Positions 37,441-47,662 of a stretch of 64,000 nt of DNA are shown one piece after another. Under the pieces are notes generated by a model that saw nothing but the letters and a program-made list of their open reading frames with translations, did no database searches and was not told the origin of the DNA. The stretch lies in assembly GCA_964385105.1 (NCBI GenBank), contig CAYLMU010000001.1, positions 258,252 to 322,251 on the forward strand, written 5' to 3'. Both the position numbers and the translations under genes were made by a program. Positions within the stretch are counted from its first letter, which is position 1, and each line of letters starts with the position of its first letter. This DNA is from an uncultured Candidatus Saccharibacteria bacterium. GTDB taxonomy: Bacteria; Patescibacteriota; WWE3; UBA101185; UBA10185.

Positions 37441-38607
37441 TTATTTACCGGCAGAATGTAAAGGCAGAGTTACCCAAAACGTACTACCTTTTCCTAGTCC
37501 TTCTGATGCAACACCAACCATTCCTTTCATCTTTTGTGTGTAAGTTTTCACAATATATAAACCAAGGCCTGTGCCACCTGTTTCAGCCATTGTTTGATAC
37601 GAACTGTCTATTCTGTGAAATTTTTGAAATAGCTTGTCTAACTGCTCTTTTTCAATTCCGGGGCCGGTGTCAATAACCGAAATTTTGGCAAAATCATTAT
37701 CTAGTGTAGGTGCTATGCGAATTGTGATTCCGCCCGACTCGGTGAATTTAACTGAGTTTCCTGCTAAGTTTATAATAATTTCCCGCAATTTCTGTCTATC
37801 TGCATAGATTTTTTTAACATCTTTAATATCCAGTTTGAAATACAAGTTTTTTTCTTTTGTTTTAATTTCAAGCTCATCATATATATCATGCATAAATTCT
37901 TCTATATCAATTTCTTCAAGTTTAAATTCCATCCTGCCCTGCTCTAGACGTGAAATATTCAAAATGTCGTTTATTAGATTTATCATCCTTTCGGTGCCTT
38001 TTACTGCTTTTTCAATATAATCTTTTTGCTTTTCGTTTAGTACACCGCCTTTTTCTGATTGCAGCATCCATAAATAGCTTTTTATTATAGTCATTGGCGT
38101 TTTTAATTCATGTGACGTAATTGATATAAACTCATCTTTTGTTTTTTCAAGTTCTTTTTCGCGTGTAACATCAGACATTGTTACCAGGTGTTCTTTATAG
38201 CCCATATCGGTTTCAATCGGGGATATTTTTATGTGTACATATCTGTCTTTGTTGGGAGTTTTTAATATGGCAAGTGGAGGAAGTTTTGGAAGGTCGGCAG
38301 TCTTTATAAACCGGCAATATTGTGTAATATCCAATAAATTTCCTTCTTCGTCGGTTAGTGTAACAACATCTGCAATATGTTTTCCCAATACTTCAGCCGA
38401 CTTTACATGCAGTAATTTTTCGAGGGCATGGTTAAAAAGTGTTATTCTACAAAATTCATCCACTGCGTAAATTGCTTCTGAGACCCTGTATAACAACTCT
38501 TCGGTACGCTTACGTTCTTTATGAAGCTCTACATTACGCTTGTATAGTTCTTTTGCAATAGTTTCTGAATCAAGTATTGTATTTTCTTGGGCAGTAGTGT
38601 CGGCCAT
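37441..38607 (-). CDS. Cytoplasmic PAS-domain sensor histidine kinase (no TM, no adjacent response regulator)
   Basis: H-box ITSHELKTPMTII, N/G1/G2 boxes (LAGNSVKF, DTGPGI, GTGLGL); PAS-like N-terminal region. Confidence 0.8.
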   Translation of the reverse strand: MADTTAQENTILDSETIAKELYKRNVELHKERKRTEELLYRVSEAIYAVDEFCRITLFNHALEKLLHVKSAEVLGKHIADVVTLTDEEGNLLDITQYCRFIKTADLPKLPPLAILKTPNKDRYVHIKISPIETDMGYKEHLVTMSDVTREKELEKTKDEFISITSHELKTPMTIIKSYLWMLQSEKGGVLNEKQKDYIEKAVKGTERMINLINDILNISRLEQGRMEFKLEEIDIEEFMHDIYDELEIKTKEKNLYFKLDIKDVKKIYADRQKLREIIINLAGNSVKFTESGGITIRIAPTLDNDFAKISVIDTGPGIEKEQLDKLFQKFHRIDSSYQTMAETGGTGLGLYIVKTYTQKMKGMVGVASEGLGKGSTFWVTLPLHSAGK

Positions 38608-38623
38608 TACTTTTTATGCATAA

Positions 38624-39532
38624 CTATTTGTAACTAATCTCAAATTTTTTTAAAAAATACTCAGGCTGCCAGGATTCCTTTGAACTTCGGAGATTTTGTA
38701 TACCAAGATCCTGCTCAATGTTTATATGTGTACAGCCCATTTTTTTAAATAATCGCAATGTCTCAATTTCAGCTACTTGCATTACCCCATCATATGCATA
38801 ATCGTATGAACCAAAAAGCCCGGTACAATATTTATTATACAGAGCATCGCTTATTGTGTAACCGACAATAGTGTTATCTACATAAATACCTATGGATATA
38901 AGTTCAAGAATATCACTTTGAGTCAAAATCTTTAGTGTGGCTTTAAATTCGGTTTCCGTCTCATTAGGATCTCTATTCTGAGCCCATTTCTTAAAAAGTT
39001 CAATTACATCATCTTGTGATTGTTTAAGGTTTAAATCAAGCAATCTAACTTCATAATGCGGGTATGCATTAATAAATTTAGTAACTTTTTTTCTGATTTT
39101 TTTATATTTGTTACCTTTTAAGCTCAAAGTTTCATTTATTGAAATTATATAGTCAAAATGGTCTCTCTCTTCTTTTAACACAAATATTTCGTTTAAATTA
39201 GCAAAATCAGTTTTCAAATTCTCTTCGGGTACAAGCTTAAGTGCATGGTGCAAATTTTTTTCGTTAGCAAACTTTAGTAATGTACTTATTGTTTCAACAG
39301 GTCTGTTTACGCCTAAAAAAGTTAAAAAGTGAAAATCTTCAAGATAATCTTTCATTTTAATAACAAGATTATCATTTAAAATTGTAAATTCCGCACTATC
39401 GCCAACATCATAACTCCATAAACTGTTGAAATTAAAATCAGAATAGGGAGCAAAATTTTTTGTGTAACTATCAAAATATTTTTTATCTGCAAGTTCTATT
39501 TGTTTGAAATTTGGAAATGTAGGCAGTTTCAT
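38624..39532 (-). CDS. Hypothetical protein, possibly a DUF2156 / MprF-C-terminal-like GNAT-fold transferase; co-operonic with the histidine kinase
   Basis: 302-aa soluble ORF lying 16 nt upstream of the kinase gene; family assignment by weak pattern memory only. Confidence 0.45.
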   Translation of the reverse strand: MKLPTFPNFKQIELADKKYFDSYTKNFAPYSDFNFNSLWSYDVGDSAEFTILNDNLVIKMKDYLEDFHFLTFLGVNRPVETISTLLKFANEKNLHHALKLVPEENLKTDFANLNEIFVLKEERDHFDYIISINETLSLKGNKYKKIRKKVTKFINAYPHYEVRLLDLNLKQSQDDVIELFKKWAQNRDPNETETEFKATLKILTQSDILELISIGIYVDNTIVGYTISDALYNKYCTGLFGSYDYAYDGVMQVAEIETLRLFKKMGCTHINIEQDLGIQNLRSSKESWQPEYFLKKFEISYK

Positions 39533-39586
39533 GTTTTATAACGACTTTGTTTATGTTAATCTTAATTAAGTTATATTAAATGTAGC

Positions 39587-40411
39587 ATGCTGTCAGTCAT
39601 AAAGAAAAACTATTATCTAATCTTTTTGCTCCTGCTTTATAAATTATTTATTTTATTCTGGATATATATTCACATGTTTGAACCGGCCGAGTCGCCATTA
39701 TATGGATTGTTTTCTGATTCATATGGATATTTGACTTTTCTTTCCGGAATATATGGTTTGTATATGTCGCGCAGGTGGGGAAGTTTTCAAAGCTACATGG
39801 GCAAAGCGGTGTCATTTTTGTCTATCGGACTTTTGTTACAGGGCTTTGGTCAGCTGGTATATTCATACTACTATCTGGTTTTAAATATTGACGTACCGTA
39901 CCCTTCACTTGGTGATGTAGGGTTTTTCGGAAGTATATTTATGTATATTTTAGGCGTATGGTTTTTAGGTAGAGCCTCAGGTGTTTCGTATAATTTAAAG
40001 TCAGCTAAGAGCTGGTTCTTAGCAATTTTAGTACCAATCGTCTTGTTGGCAATTTCATATAATATACTTCGATCAGAATATGCCTTTGATTCAAACAGTT
40101 CTCTTGTGATATTTCTAGATTTCGGGTATCCATTCGGACAGGCAGTATATATATCTCTTGCCGTATTGATTTATTTACTGACTAATAATTTCTTAGGCGG
40201 ATCTATGCGTCCTAAAATATTATTTATTATTTTTGCTTTATTTGTTCAATATGTTGCTGATTTTATGTTTTTATACCAGGTTGACCGTGAGACGTGGACA
40301 GCAGGCGGCCTCAACGAATTTATTTACTTACTGTCTTATTTACTAATGACTCTGGCACTTATTAAATTAGAAAGTACTTTTTCATTGTATAAGGTTAAAC
40401 CGGAAAAATAA
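39587..40411 (+). CDS. Polytopic membrane protein (about 7 TM), hypothetical
   Basis: 274-aa ORF rich in aromatic and hydrophobic residues, divergent from the kinase operon. Confidence 0.5.
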   Translation: MLSVIKKNYYLIFLLLLYKLFILFWIYIHMFEPAESPLYGLFSDSYGYLTFLSGIYGLYMSRRWGSFQSYMGKAVSFLSIGLLLQGFGQLVYSYYYLVLNIDVPYPSLGDVGFFGSIFMYILGVWFLGRASGVSYNLKSAKSWFLAILVPIVLLAISYNILRSEYAFDSNSSLVIFLDFGYPFGQAVYISLAVLIYLLTNNFLGGSMRPKILFIIFALFVQYVADFMFLYQVDRETWTAGGLNEFIYLLSYLLMTLALIKLESTFSLYKVKPEK

Positions 40412-40686
40412 TGGAAAAATATACACAAGCTGCCTCAAATATTATTATGGCTCAAAAAATGGTAATGGGGCCGTTGGCTTATGATTTGGCCAAACAGGTA
40501 GACGGATTAGTTTTGAGTAACAACGAAGTTGCAATAAACAAAGATCCAAAAGTTGTACTTACTAATTTAATTGTGCAATATAAAAGCCTGTTTGGTGATG
40601 CATCGGTTAGAGTGAGCAAAGAAGCCATAAAAGACATAAAATCCAGTTTTACACCTGATGAGCTTCCAAAAGAACTTTTTAGTTAA
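40411..40686 (+). CDS. Hypothetical small soluble protein (91 aa)
   Basis: ORF translationally coupled to the upstream membrane protein (ATG overlaps its stop). Confidence 0.4.
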   Translation: MEKYTQAASNIIMAQKMVMGPLAYDLAKQVDGLVLSNNEVAINKDPKVVLTNLIVQYKSLFGDASVRVSKEAIKDIKSSFTPDELPKELFS

Positions 40687-41594
40687 TTTATAAGTAAAGT
40701 TCCAAAAAAGATAATTGCTATGAAAATCACTTTTTTTGCCAAATCCTCTTTTTTTAATGATTCTTCACTTATTTTAGGCAAAAATACCGAAATCAAAATT
40801 CCGATTATAAGCACAAAAACGGGCTGAAATCCTCCGGTAATAACAGATACTAAAGCAACCGGAGCCAAAAGTGAAGCAAAATTAAATGAAAGTTTACCCA
40901 CAATATTAATTGACTCATTGAGTGAATTTAATAAAAGCACGCTTTTTGTGTCGGTCTTAATTACTTGCAAAAAACCTTTTCTATATGAACCAACAAGCAA
41001 AAGTAAAAGTGCTGCAACAAAAAATCCGATATATTCCCAAAAACTTGTTACAAGAAAGCTTTCTTCTATTGCAATATATTTAAAAATTAAAGCATTTAAA
41101 GCTACCAGAAAACTTGCAATAGTCATTAAAACAAGTACTTTTGTTTTTACTTTGGGTTTATGAATAACCGTAAGGTCTGAAGTTAGGCCGATAGCTCCTA
41201 TTATAATAAGCCCGGAACCTATAAGTTGAAGTGGCGTTAAAGCTTCACTCAAGAAAATATAGCCCAAAATAATTGTAAAAACTCCGCTCAATTGAAATAA
41301 AGGAACTACAATCGAGGCCTCTTCAATTTCAAGAGCATATAAATACGGCAATACAAATCCTATGTAAAACAGTCCGTTTATTATCATAATCAGCTTTGAA
41401 GTTGTGCTTATTTCAAATACATCGGGGTTTATGAGAAAAATAATAAATGCCACCGGTAGGCCAATTAGGGCTGAAAAAATTATGAGAGCGCCAATTCCTC
41501 TTCCCTTAATTATTTTATTTATAAGATATTTATCGGTATGATTTACCAAAGCCCACATAAAAGGAGCTATTAAAGTTATTGTTAGCCAATTCAT
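40683..41594 (-). CDS. EamA/DMT-superfamily transporter (10 TM)
   Basis: Two EamA-like 5-TM repeats; 303 aa. Confidence 0.72.
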   Translation of the reverse strand: MNWLTITLIAPFMWALVNHTDKYLINKIIKGRGIGALIIFSALIGLPVAFIIFLINPDVFEISTTSKLIMIINGLFYIGFVLPYLYALEIEEASIVVPLFQLSGVFTIILGYIFLSEALTPLQLIGSGLIIIGAIGLTSDLTVIHKPKVKTKVLVLMTIASFLVALNALIFKYIAIEESFLVTSFWEYIGFFVAALLLLLVGSYRKGFLQVIKTDTKSVLLLNSLNESINIVGKLSFNFASLLAPVALVSVITGGFQPVFVLIIGILISVFLPKISEESLKKEDLAKKVIFIAIIFFGTLLIN

Positions 41595-41595
41595 G

Positions 41596-42015
41596 TTAGT
41601 AAATGTTGTCGGTCGGGTATTTTAAACCCCTATCCATTTTCACAATATCCACATCTTTTGGTTCAAATGTTGTTTTTAGGTAATCTATTGCACCATTAAC
41701 GTTAAATTCCTTGCATGAATATAAGTCTATTGTTACAAAGCCGCGTCTGGCAAATGTATGAATGCTAATATGGGATTCCTGTATAACCAGAAAACCGGTA
41801 AAACCGCCGGGGTCTTTTCCCCCTAATGTTTCATTGCCATCGGCTTTAAGTACATAAGGTTCTGTGAGTTTTCTCATACCTGCAATTATTGCCAGATTGT
41901 TTAATACATCAAAGCAAAGTTCCATGTTATTGAGTTTTTCAAAAGGGCAGCCGTATGCGTCAAATATTAAGTGCGGGCCAAATCTTATTGTGCCTGAAAC
42001 TGTATTTATAGTCAT
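41596..42015 (-). CDS. speH: S-adenosylmethionine decarboxylase proenzyme, pyruvoyl-dependent class 1 (SpeH-like)
   Basis: 139 aa with the ESHISIHT self-processing motif characteristic of AdoMetDC/SpeH. Confidence 0.6.
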   Translation of the reverse strand: MTINTVSGTIRFGPHLIFDAYGCPFEKLNNMELCFDVLNNLAIIAGMRKLTEPYVLKADGNETLGGKDPGGFTGFLVIQESHISIHTFARRGFVTIDLYSCKEFNVNGAIDYLKTTFEPKDVDIVKMDRGLKYPTDNIY

Positions 42016-42084
42016 TATTTAACTTTAGCAAACTCAAATGTATTTGAGAAGAAAATTGGGCGCCTGTGTACTATAATTAAGTAC

Positions 42085-43062
42085 ATGCATAGTGACCTGC
42101 CCATTCATAAATCCGACCCAATTGATAAATATCAGTTCATGCATCATTTTGTTCCGCACCCCAAACACAAAAAAAGGGCAACATTACTTTCGAATAACGC
42201 ATTTAAATTTTACATTTTTTTATTGTTAATAAACTTTTTGGCATTAAGAATTACACCAAAAGTAGTACCTGGAATACTTGGCTATGCCTCAAGTATTTAT
42301 GTTCAGGAGTTATTGTCTGAAACAAACAAGGTTAGGCGTGAGCATGGGCTAGAGCCTTTGACCATTAACGCTGACTTGTCCCAGGCTGCACAACAAAAAG
42401 CTAATCACATGTTTGAAAACGATTACTGGGCACATGTTGCGCCCGATGGCACAAGACCCTGGGATTTTATACTTGGCCAACAATATGATTATGAATATGC
42501 AGGTGAAAACTTGGCAAAAAACTTTAATACATCAAAACAGGTTGTTGATGCATGGTTTGACTCTGAATCACACCGGGATAATTTGCTCAATAAAAATTAC
42601 ACTGAAATAGGCTTTGCTGTAGTAAACGGAGAACTTGATGGCTACGATACCACATTGGTGGTTCAAATGTTTGGTAAGCCGCGTGTGCCAAATTATCAAG
42701 CTGCTGGACCTACAAATCCACCAACTACCGAGGTTCCGGCTACTGCGCCTGAAACAGAAGTATTGGATGAAGTAGGAGTTGAGGTAACACCTGCAGTAAC
42801 ACAAGAACCACTTTTACAACAAAACGAAGCCGTACAAGTACATCCAGAACAAAATGAGGTTGTAATTGATGTTGGCGCTGTTTCAAGATATATGATTTTA
42901 ATTTTTGGTGTATTTTTTGTCGGATTACTTTCTTTAGATATTTGGTACTCGCATAGAAAAGGTATAGCCAAGTTTACGGGTCATACATTTGCTCATATGC
43001 TATTTTTAATTCTTATATTAACGAGTGTACTTATATCATTGAGTCCGGGAAGGGTTTTATAA
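42085..43062 (+). CDS. CAP/SCP (YkwD-like) domain protein with a Pro/Thr-rich linker and C-terminal TM anchor
   Basis: CAP motifs (HG..PL...LS.AAQ..A, YWAHVAPDG, GENLAKNF, WFDSESHRDNLL); C-terminal hydrophobic segment. Confidence 0.7.
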   Translation: MHSDLPIHKSDPIDKYQFMHHFVPHPKHKKRATLLSNNAFKFYIFLLLINFLALRITPKVVPGILGYASSIYVQELLSETNKVRREHGLEPLTINADLSQAAQQKANHMFENDYWAHVAPDGTRPWDFILGQQYDYEYAGENLAKNFNTSKQVVDAWFDSESHRDNLLNKNYTEIGFAVVNGELDGYDTTLVVQMFGKPRVPNYQAAGPTNPPTTEVPATAPETEVLDEVGVEVTPAVTQEPLLQQNEAVQVHPEQNEVVIDVGAVSRYMILIFGVFFVGLLSLDIWYSHRKGIAKFTGHTFAHMLFLILILTSVLISLSPGRVL

Positions 43063-43063
43063 T

Positions 43064-43336
43064 ATGGTTCATTTTAACGAAAATCAACATCCGCGCCACT
43101 TTTTACACTTGGCAATATTGTTTGGCGGTACAAGTGTAATTTGCATTTTATTTTATGTTTTTAGACATATCCCGTCATACCAGGTAATAACCGCGTTAAC
43201 CGGTTCGATTTTTTATTCGGCATGGGGTATAATTCACCATGCTATTGAAGGAAGATTAACAAGCATTATTGCTATTGAGTATATACTCCTTTCACTTTTA
43301 GCGTTTGTAGTAATTTTCACTGCCTTATTTATATAA
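43064..43336 (+). CDS. Small membrane protein (90 aa, 3 TM), hypothetical
   Basis: ORF immediately 5' of the glycosylation island. Confidence 0.4.
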   Translation: MVHFNENQHPRHFLHLAILFGGTSVICILFYVFRHIPSYQVITALTGSIFYSAWGIIHHAIEGRLTSIIAIEYILLSLLAFVVIFTALFI

Positions 43337-43340
43337 AAAA

Positions 43341-44477
43341 ATGAAAGTTGCAGTTGTAATACCAACTTATAATGAGGCAGAGAATATTAAGCAGTTAATT
43401 CCTGCGCTAAACGATGAGTTTAAAAAAATACCCCAACATGAATGTCATATTTTAATTGTGGACGGAAATTCTCCTGACGGTACCGGAAGTGTCGTAAATG
43501 AACTTAAAGAAGCATATTCCAATGTTCATCTGTTAACCGAAAAAGAGAAAAAAGGTCTTGGGGCAGCATATGTGTATGGGTTTAGGCACGCAATGGATGC
43601 ACTTAGTGCCGATATTATAGTAGAAATGGACGGGGATTTTCAGCACAACCCCGAAGATGTGGCTATTATGCTAAAAGAAATCGATAACGGGTACGATTAT
43701 GTTGTAGGTTCACGATTTATTGCTGGCGGGAGTATTCCCAAAGACTGGGAGTTATATAGAAAATTGTTAAGTTGGGGTGGAAATTTGTTTTCAAAAGTTG
43801 TGCTTGGTATGTGGTCTTTTAATGACTTCACTTCAGGTTTTAAAGCATCACGCGTAGAAGGATTTGCTAACAAACTTGATTTTGATAATATTTTGTCTCA
43901 AGGTTTTGCTTACAAAATTGACCTTTTGTACCGTATGCACAAACTTGGAGCAAAAATAAAAGAAGTTCCAATAACTTTCAGATCACGAGGCAGAGGAGCT
44001 TCAAAAATGGAAAAAAACAACTTTATTGACTCGTTGAAAGTGGTTTTGTTAATAAGAATGAGTGAAAACAAGAATTTTTTTAAATTTGTTATCGTTGGGT
44101 TTTTAGGACTATTTACCGATATTCTATTATCAAACGGTTTTAGACTTACCGACATGGCTCCAAACGTAGCGGCTTCTGTTGCTGCGCTTTGTGCAATGCT
44201 TGTTACATTTTTACTAAATAATTTCTGGTCATTTCGTGATAGGCCAATTAAAAGCAACAAAAAAAGAATCCAGAAGTTTGTTTTATATGTATTGTCGTCA
44301 TTTGTTCCTATAATTTTCAGATATTATTTTGTTGCATATATGATTAGTTTATTTGGTAATACGTTTATTATTTACAATCTTTCACTTTTTGTAAGTATTT
44401 CTTTTGGATTAATCTGGAATTTTACCGTTTACAGCAAAATAATCTGGAAAGAGCAGAATTTGAGTACTTTGGAATAA
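43341..44477 (+). CDS. GT2 polyprenyl-phosphate hexosyltransferase (DPM1/GtrB-like) fused to a C-terminal GtrA-like flippase domain
   Basis: VVIPTYNE...DGNSPDG...EMDGDFQH GT-A motifs; C-terminal 4-TM block typical of GtrA. Confidence 0.8.
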   Translation: MKVAVVIPTYNEAENIKQLIPALNDEFKKIPQHECHILIVDGNSPDGTGSVVNELKEAYSNVHLLTEKEKKGLGAAYVYGFRHAMDALSADIIVEMDGDFQHNPEDVAIMLKEIDNGYDYVVGSRFIAGGSIPKDWELYRKLLSWGGNLFSKVVLGMWSFNDFTSGFKASRVEGFANKLDFDNILSQGFAYKIDLLYRMHKLGAKIKEVPITFRSRGRGASKMEKNNFIDSLKVVLLIRMSENKNFFKFVIVGFLGLFTDILLSNGFRLTDMAPNVAASVAALCAMLVTFLLNNFWSFRDRPIKSNKKRIQKFVLYVLSSFVPIIFRYYFVAYMISLFGNTFIIYNLSLFVSISFGLIWNFTVYSKIIWKEQNLSTLE

Positions 44478-44503
44478 GTAAGTAGAATTAAGTTGGAGGA
44501 TTT

Positions 44504-45256
44504 ATGGAATATTCAATAGTTACGCCCGCATATAATGAAGCCGATAAAATAACTACTACGTTACGTCAGATGCTAGGTTTTATGAGGGAGTACAGTACGG
44601 AATTTGAGATCATTATTGTTGACGACGGTAGTAAAGACAACACAGCTCAAATAGTTGAAGAATACTCAAAAGAAAATCCTGAAGTACGAGTTATTCGCAA
44701 TAAACATAAAGGAAAAGGCCCGGCCGTTTGGAGAGGAATGATGGAAGCACAAGGAGATTTAATTTATATGGCTGACGCCGATCTTGCAACACCTATTTCA
44801 GAACTTAAAAAACTTTCAAACTGGATTAAAGACCATGACTTTGATATTGTAATCGCGTCACGAGAGGGTGTTGGGGCAGTACGGGTAAAAGAGCCTTTTT
44901 ACAGACATTTTGTGGGGCGTGTATTCAACTTTTTAGTACAAACGGTAGCACTTCCCGGAATTAAAGATTCGCAGTGCGGATTTAAACTTTTTAAAAAACA
45001 AGCAGCAAAAGATATTTTTGGTAAGCTTAAGATTTATGGAGACGACGCACCCGAGCGTGACCAGCCGTTTTTTGGTGCATTTGATGTGGAAGTATTGTAT
45101 TTGGCAAAAAAGCTTGGTTATAAGGTAAAAGAATTGCCGGTTACGTGGAATTTTGTAAAAACTCCAAGATTTAATTTTATTTACAATTCATTTAACATGG
45201 CAAAAGATGTATTAAAAGTGCGAATTAACGATATGCGTGGTGTTTATGAAGTGTAA
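44504..45256 (+). CDS. GT2 glycosyltransferase (soluble, DPM1/GtrB-like)
   Basis: IVTPAYNE, IIVDDGSKDNT, DADL(A) DxD-type motif. Confidence 0.8.
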   Translation: MEYSIVTPAYNEADKITTTLRQMLGFMREYSTEFEIIIVDDGSKDNTAQIVEEYSKENPEVRVIRNKHKGKGPAVWRGMMEAQGDLIYMADADLATPISELKKLSNWIKDHDFDIVIASREGVGAVRVKEPFYRHFVGRVFNFLVQTVALPGIKDSQCGFKLFKKQAAKDIFGKLKIYGDDAPERDQPFFGAFDVEVLYLAKKLGYKVKELPVTWNFVKTPRFNFIYNSFNMAKDVLKVRINDMRGVYEV

Positions 45257-45271
45257 TTTATATATTTTACA

Positions 45272-46465
45272 ATGAAAAAAATATTAATTTTTGTACCCGA
45301 ATTTCCTGTGCTAACTGAAACTTTCATAGAGCGTGATATATCAAAGCTAATAGAACTGGGCAATCTTGATATTAATGTTTTGTTTATTAAAAAGGGTAAC
45401 GGTCAAATGTCAAAAAATGTTGAAGACCGTGCTTATTTAATAAATCTTACATATTTTGAAGCTTTGCTGTCACTTGGCTACTTTATTACACACTTTAGCA
45501 GTGTAGTTCAATCTTTTAAATTATGTTTAAGTGATAATACAAAGCTATTGCCAAATAGAGTATTTTTATTTTTAAAATGCCTTGGGTATACCAGGGTTTT
45601 TAGTAAGTACCATCCTGATGAAATTCATGCTCACTTTCTTTCTGACCCTTCTACAATTGGAATGGTTGCATCGATAATGTTAAATATTCCATTTAGTGTG
45701 AGTGCACATGCCAAAGATGTGCTAGTTAATCCGACGCTTCCAAAACAAAAGGCACAAAGAGCAAAATTTATAACATTGTGTAATAAAAATGCCTATACAC
45801 GGGCAATTGAGCTAACACAAAATGAATCCAAAATACACTTAAATTATCATGGAGTTGACCCAAAAAAGCTTTTTTCGCAAAATTTTGAAAAAAAAGCTCA
45901 TGAACGACCGGTGATTTTTTTGGGAGGTACAAGGCTAGTTGAAAAAAAAGGTATTTTGTATGTTGTTGAAGCCTCAAAAACCTTAAAAGAGCGGGGAATA
46001 GCTCATCAAATGAGTGTTGTTGGTCCGGGGCCTCTTTTTGATGAAATAAAAGCCAAAATATCGGAATATGGGCTTGAAAATAACTTTTTTGTTCATGGAG
46101 ACGGTAAAGGTTTACCATTTGAAAAAGTGTCAGAATTGTATCTTGATGCAGACATATTTGTTTATGCCGGAATAAACACGTCCGAGGGTGATGCTGACGG
46201 CATACCAAATGTTTTAATCGAGGCAGCATTTGCAAAACTTCCAATAATTACAACAAATGCAGGCAGTATTTCAGAATTTGTTAATTCAAACAATGGAATC
46301 ATAATCCCGCAAAAAGATCCTTATGCCATAGCCGATTCTGTTGAAAGGTTAATATTTGATGAAGCTTTAAGAGTTGAACTAGGTAATAAAGTTTTTGAAA
46401 AGGCAAGTGCAATGTTTAACATAGAAAAAAATGTTAAAGAGTTAGAAGCACTTTTGTTAAAATAA
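45272..46465 (+). CDS. GT4-family glycosyltransferase (GT-B)
   Basis: C-terminal Glycos_transf_1 motifs (EGDADGIPNVLIEAAFAKLPIITT). Confidence 0.72.
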   Translation: MKKILIFVPEFPVLTETFIERDISKLIELGNLDINVLFIKKGNGQMSKNVEDRAYLINLTYFEALLSLGYFITHFSSVVQSFKLCLSDNTKLLPNRVFLFLKCLGYTRVFSKYHPDEIHAHFLSDPSTIGMVASIMLNIPFSVSAHAKDVLVNPTLPKQKAQRAKFITLCNKNAYTRAIELTQNESKIHLNYHGVDPKKLFSQNFEKKAHERPVIFLGGTRLVEKKGILYVVEASKTLKERGIAHQMSVVGPGPLFDEIKAKISEYGLENNFFVHGDGKGLPFEKVSELYLDADIFVYAGINTSEGDADGIPNVLIEAAFAKLPIITTNAGSISEFVNSNNGIIIPQKDPYAIADSVERLIFDEALRVELGNKVFEKASAMFNIEKNVKELEALLLK

Positions 46466-46468
46466 ATC

Positions 46469-47662
46469 ATGCGCATTGCTGTTTTTATTAAAAACACAAC
46501 ACATCATCAAAGTTATGGCGGTTTTGAAACCCAAAACAAAATTTTATGTGAAGGGCTTTCTGCGCGTGGTCATGAAGTTATAGTTTTTTCACCAAAAAAA
46601 GAACTCACAACAGAAAAAATAAGAGAGAACGGGGTAGAATACGTGTTTATTGACTGTATATTCAAAAAATTCAATCTTTTATATGAAAAAAGTGATAAAT
46701 CATGGCAGAATCGCTCTTATAAAACTTTTACGCAATTTCACAACCAAAGTAAATTTGATGTGATAATAAGCCAGAGTAGTTGGGGTTTGGGTGTAATTAA
46801 AAGAAAAGATGTTCATAAAGTTCCTGTTGTTTCAGTTTCACACGGGAGCAAAATAGGAGAATATAAAACCCGCATTCAAAGCGCAGTTTCAATAAAAGAC
46901 TACATTAGAATTGCAATTGATATTCCTCATGTGTTGTATGCTTTTTTTGTTACTCAAAGACGATTTCTTCATGGTTCCGACAATGTTGTAGCAGTGTCCA
47001 GTTCGGTAAAAAAACAAATTGTATCTGAAGCTTTTTTGCCGGAGCAAAAAGTAGTTGTAATTCATAACGGAATACATCCGCCATCAATAAACCTTAATTT
47101 GCAAAAAAACAGTAACAATGTGGAAATTTTGTATGTGGGAAGAATTCTTAGAGAAAAAGGTTTGTTTGCTTTGGTCGATGTTTTGGAAAAACTAATTAGT
47201 TTGGATTTAGAAGTAAATTTGAATTTGGTGGGAGAGGGCAATGACACTGAAGCACTTAAAAAATATGTGAGTGACAAAAGTCTTATTAAATATATTAATT
47301 TAGAGGGTAAATTGTCGTACACTGATGTTATAAACAGAATGGCACAGGCTGATATTTTTGTGTTACCTTCACTTAGGGTTGAAGGGTTTCCTATGACTAT
47401 TGTTGAAGCAATGTTTGCCGGATTGCCTGTTGTGGCATCCGATATAGGAGGAAATGCGGATGCGGTTGTTGATGGGGATACAGGATATTTGGTTGAGCCG
47501 GGCAATGTAGACTCACTTACAGAAAAACTTGAGCAATTAGTAAAAAACAAGGATGAAAGGTTGAGAATGGGTAAAAATGCACAAAATAAAGCTCAAAGTG
47601 AATTTACACAAGATATAATGATAGATAAGTATTTATCTGTTTTAACCGGAGTTATGAAATGA
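46469..47662 (+). CDS. GT4-family glycosyltransferase (GT-B)
   Basis: EGFPMTIVEAMFAGLPVVASDIGGNADAV canonical GT4 E-x7-E region. Confidence 0.8.
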   Translation: MRIAVFIKNTTHHQSYGGFETQNKILCEGLSARGHEVIVFSPKKELTTEKIRENGVEYVFIDCIFKKFNLLYEKSDKSWQNRSYKTFTQFHNQSKFDVIISQSSWGLGVIKRKDVHKVPVVSVSHGSKIGEYKTRIQSAVSIKDYIRIAIDIPHVLYAFFVTQRRFLHGSDNVVAVSSSVKKQIVSEAFLPEQKVVVIHNGIHPPSINLNLQKNSNNVEILYVGRILREKGLFALVDVLEKLISLDLEVNLNLVGEGNDTEALKKYVSDKSLIKYINLEGKLSYTDVINRMAQADIFVLPSLRVEGFPMTIVEAMFAGLPVVASDIGGNADAVVDGDTGYLVEPGNVDSLTEKLEQLVKNKDERLRMGKNAQNKAQSEFTQDIMIDKYLSVLTGVMK

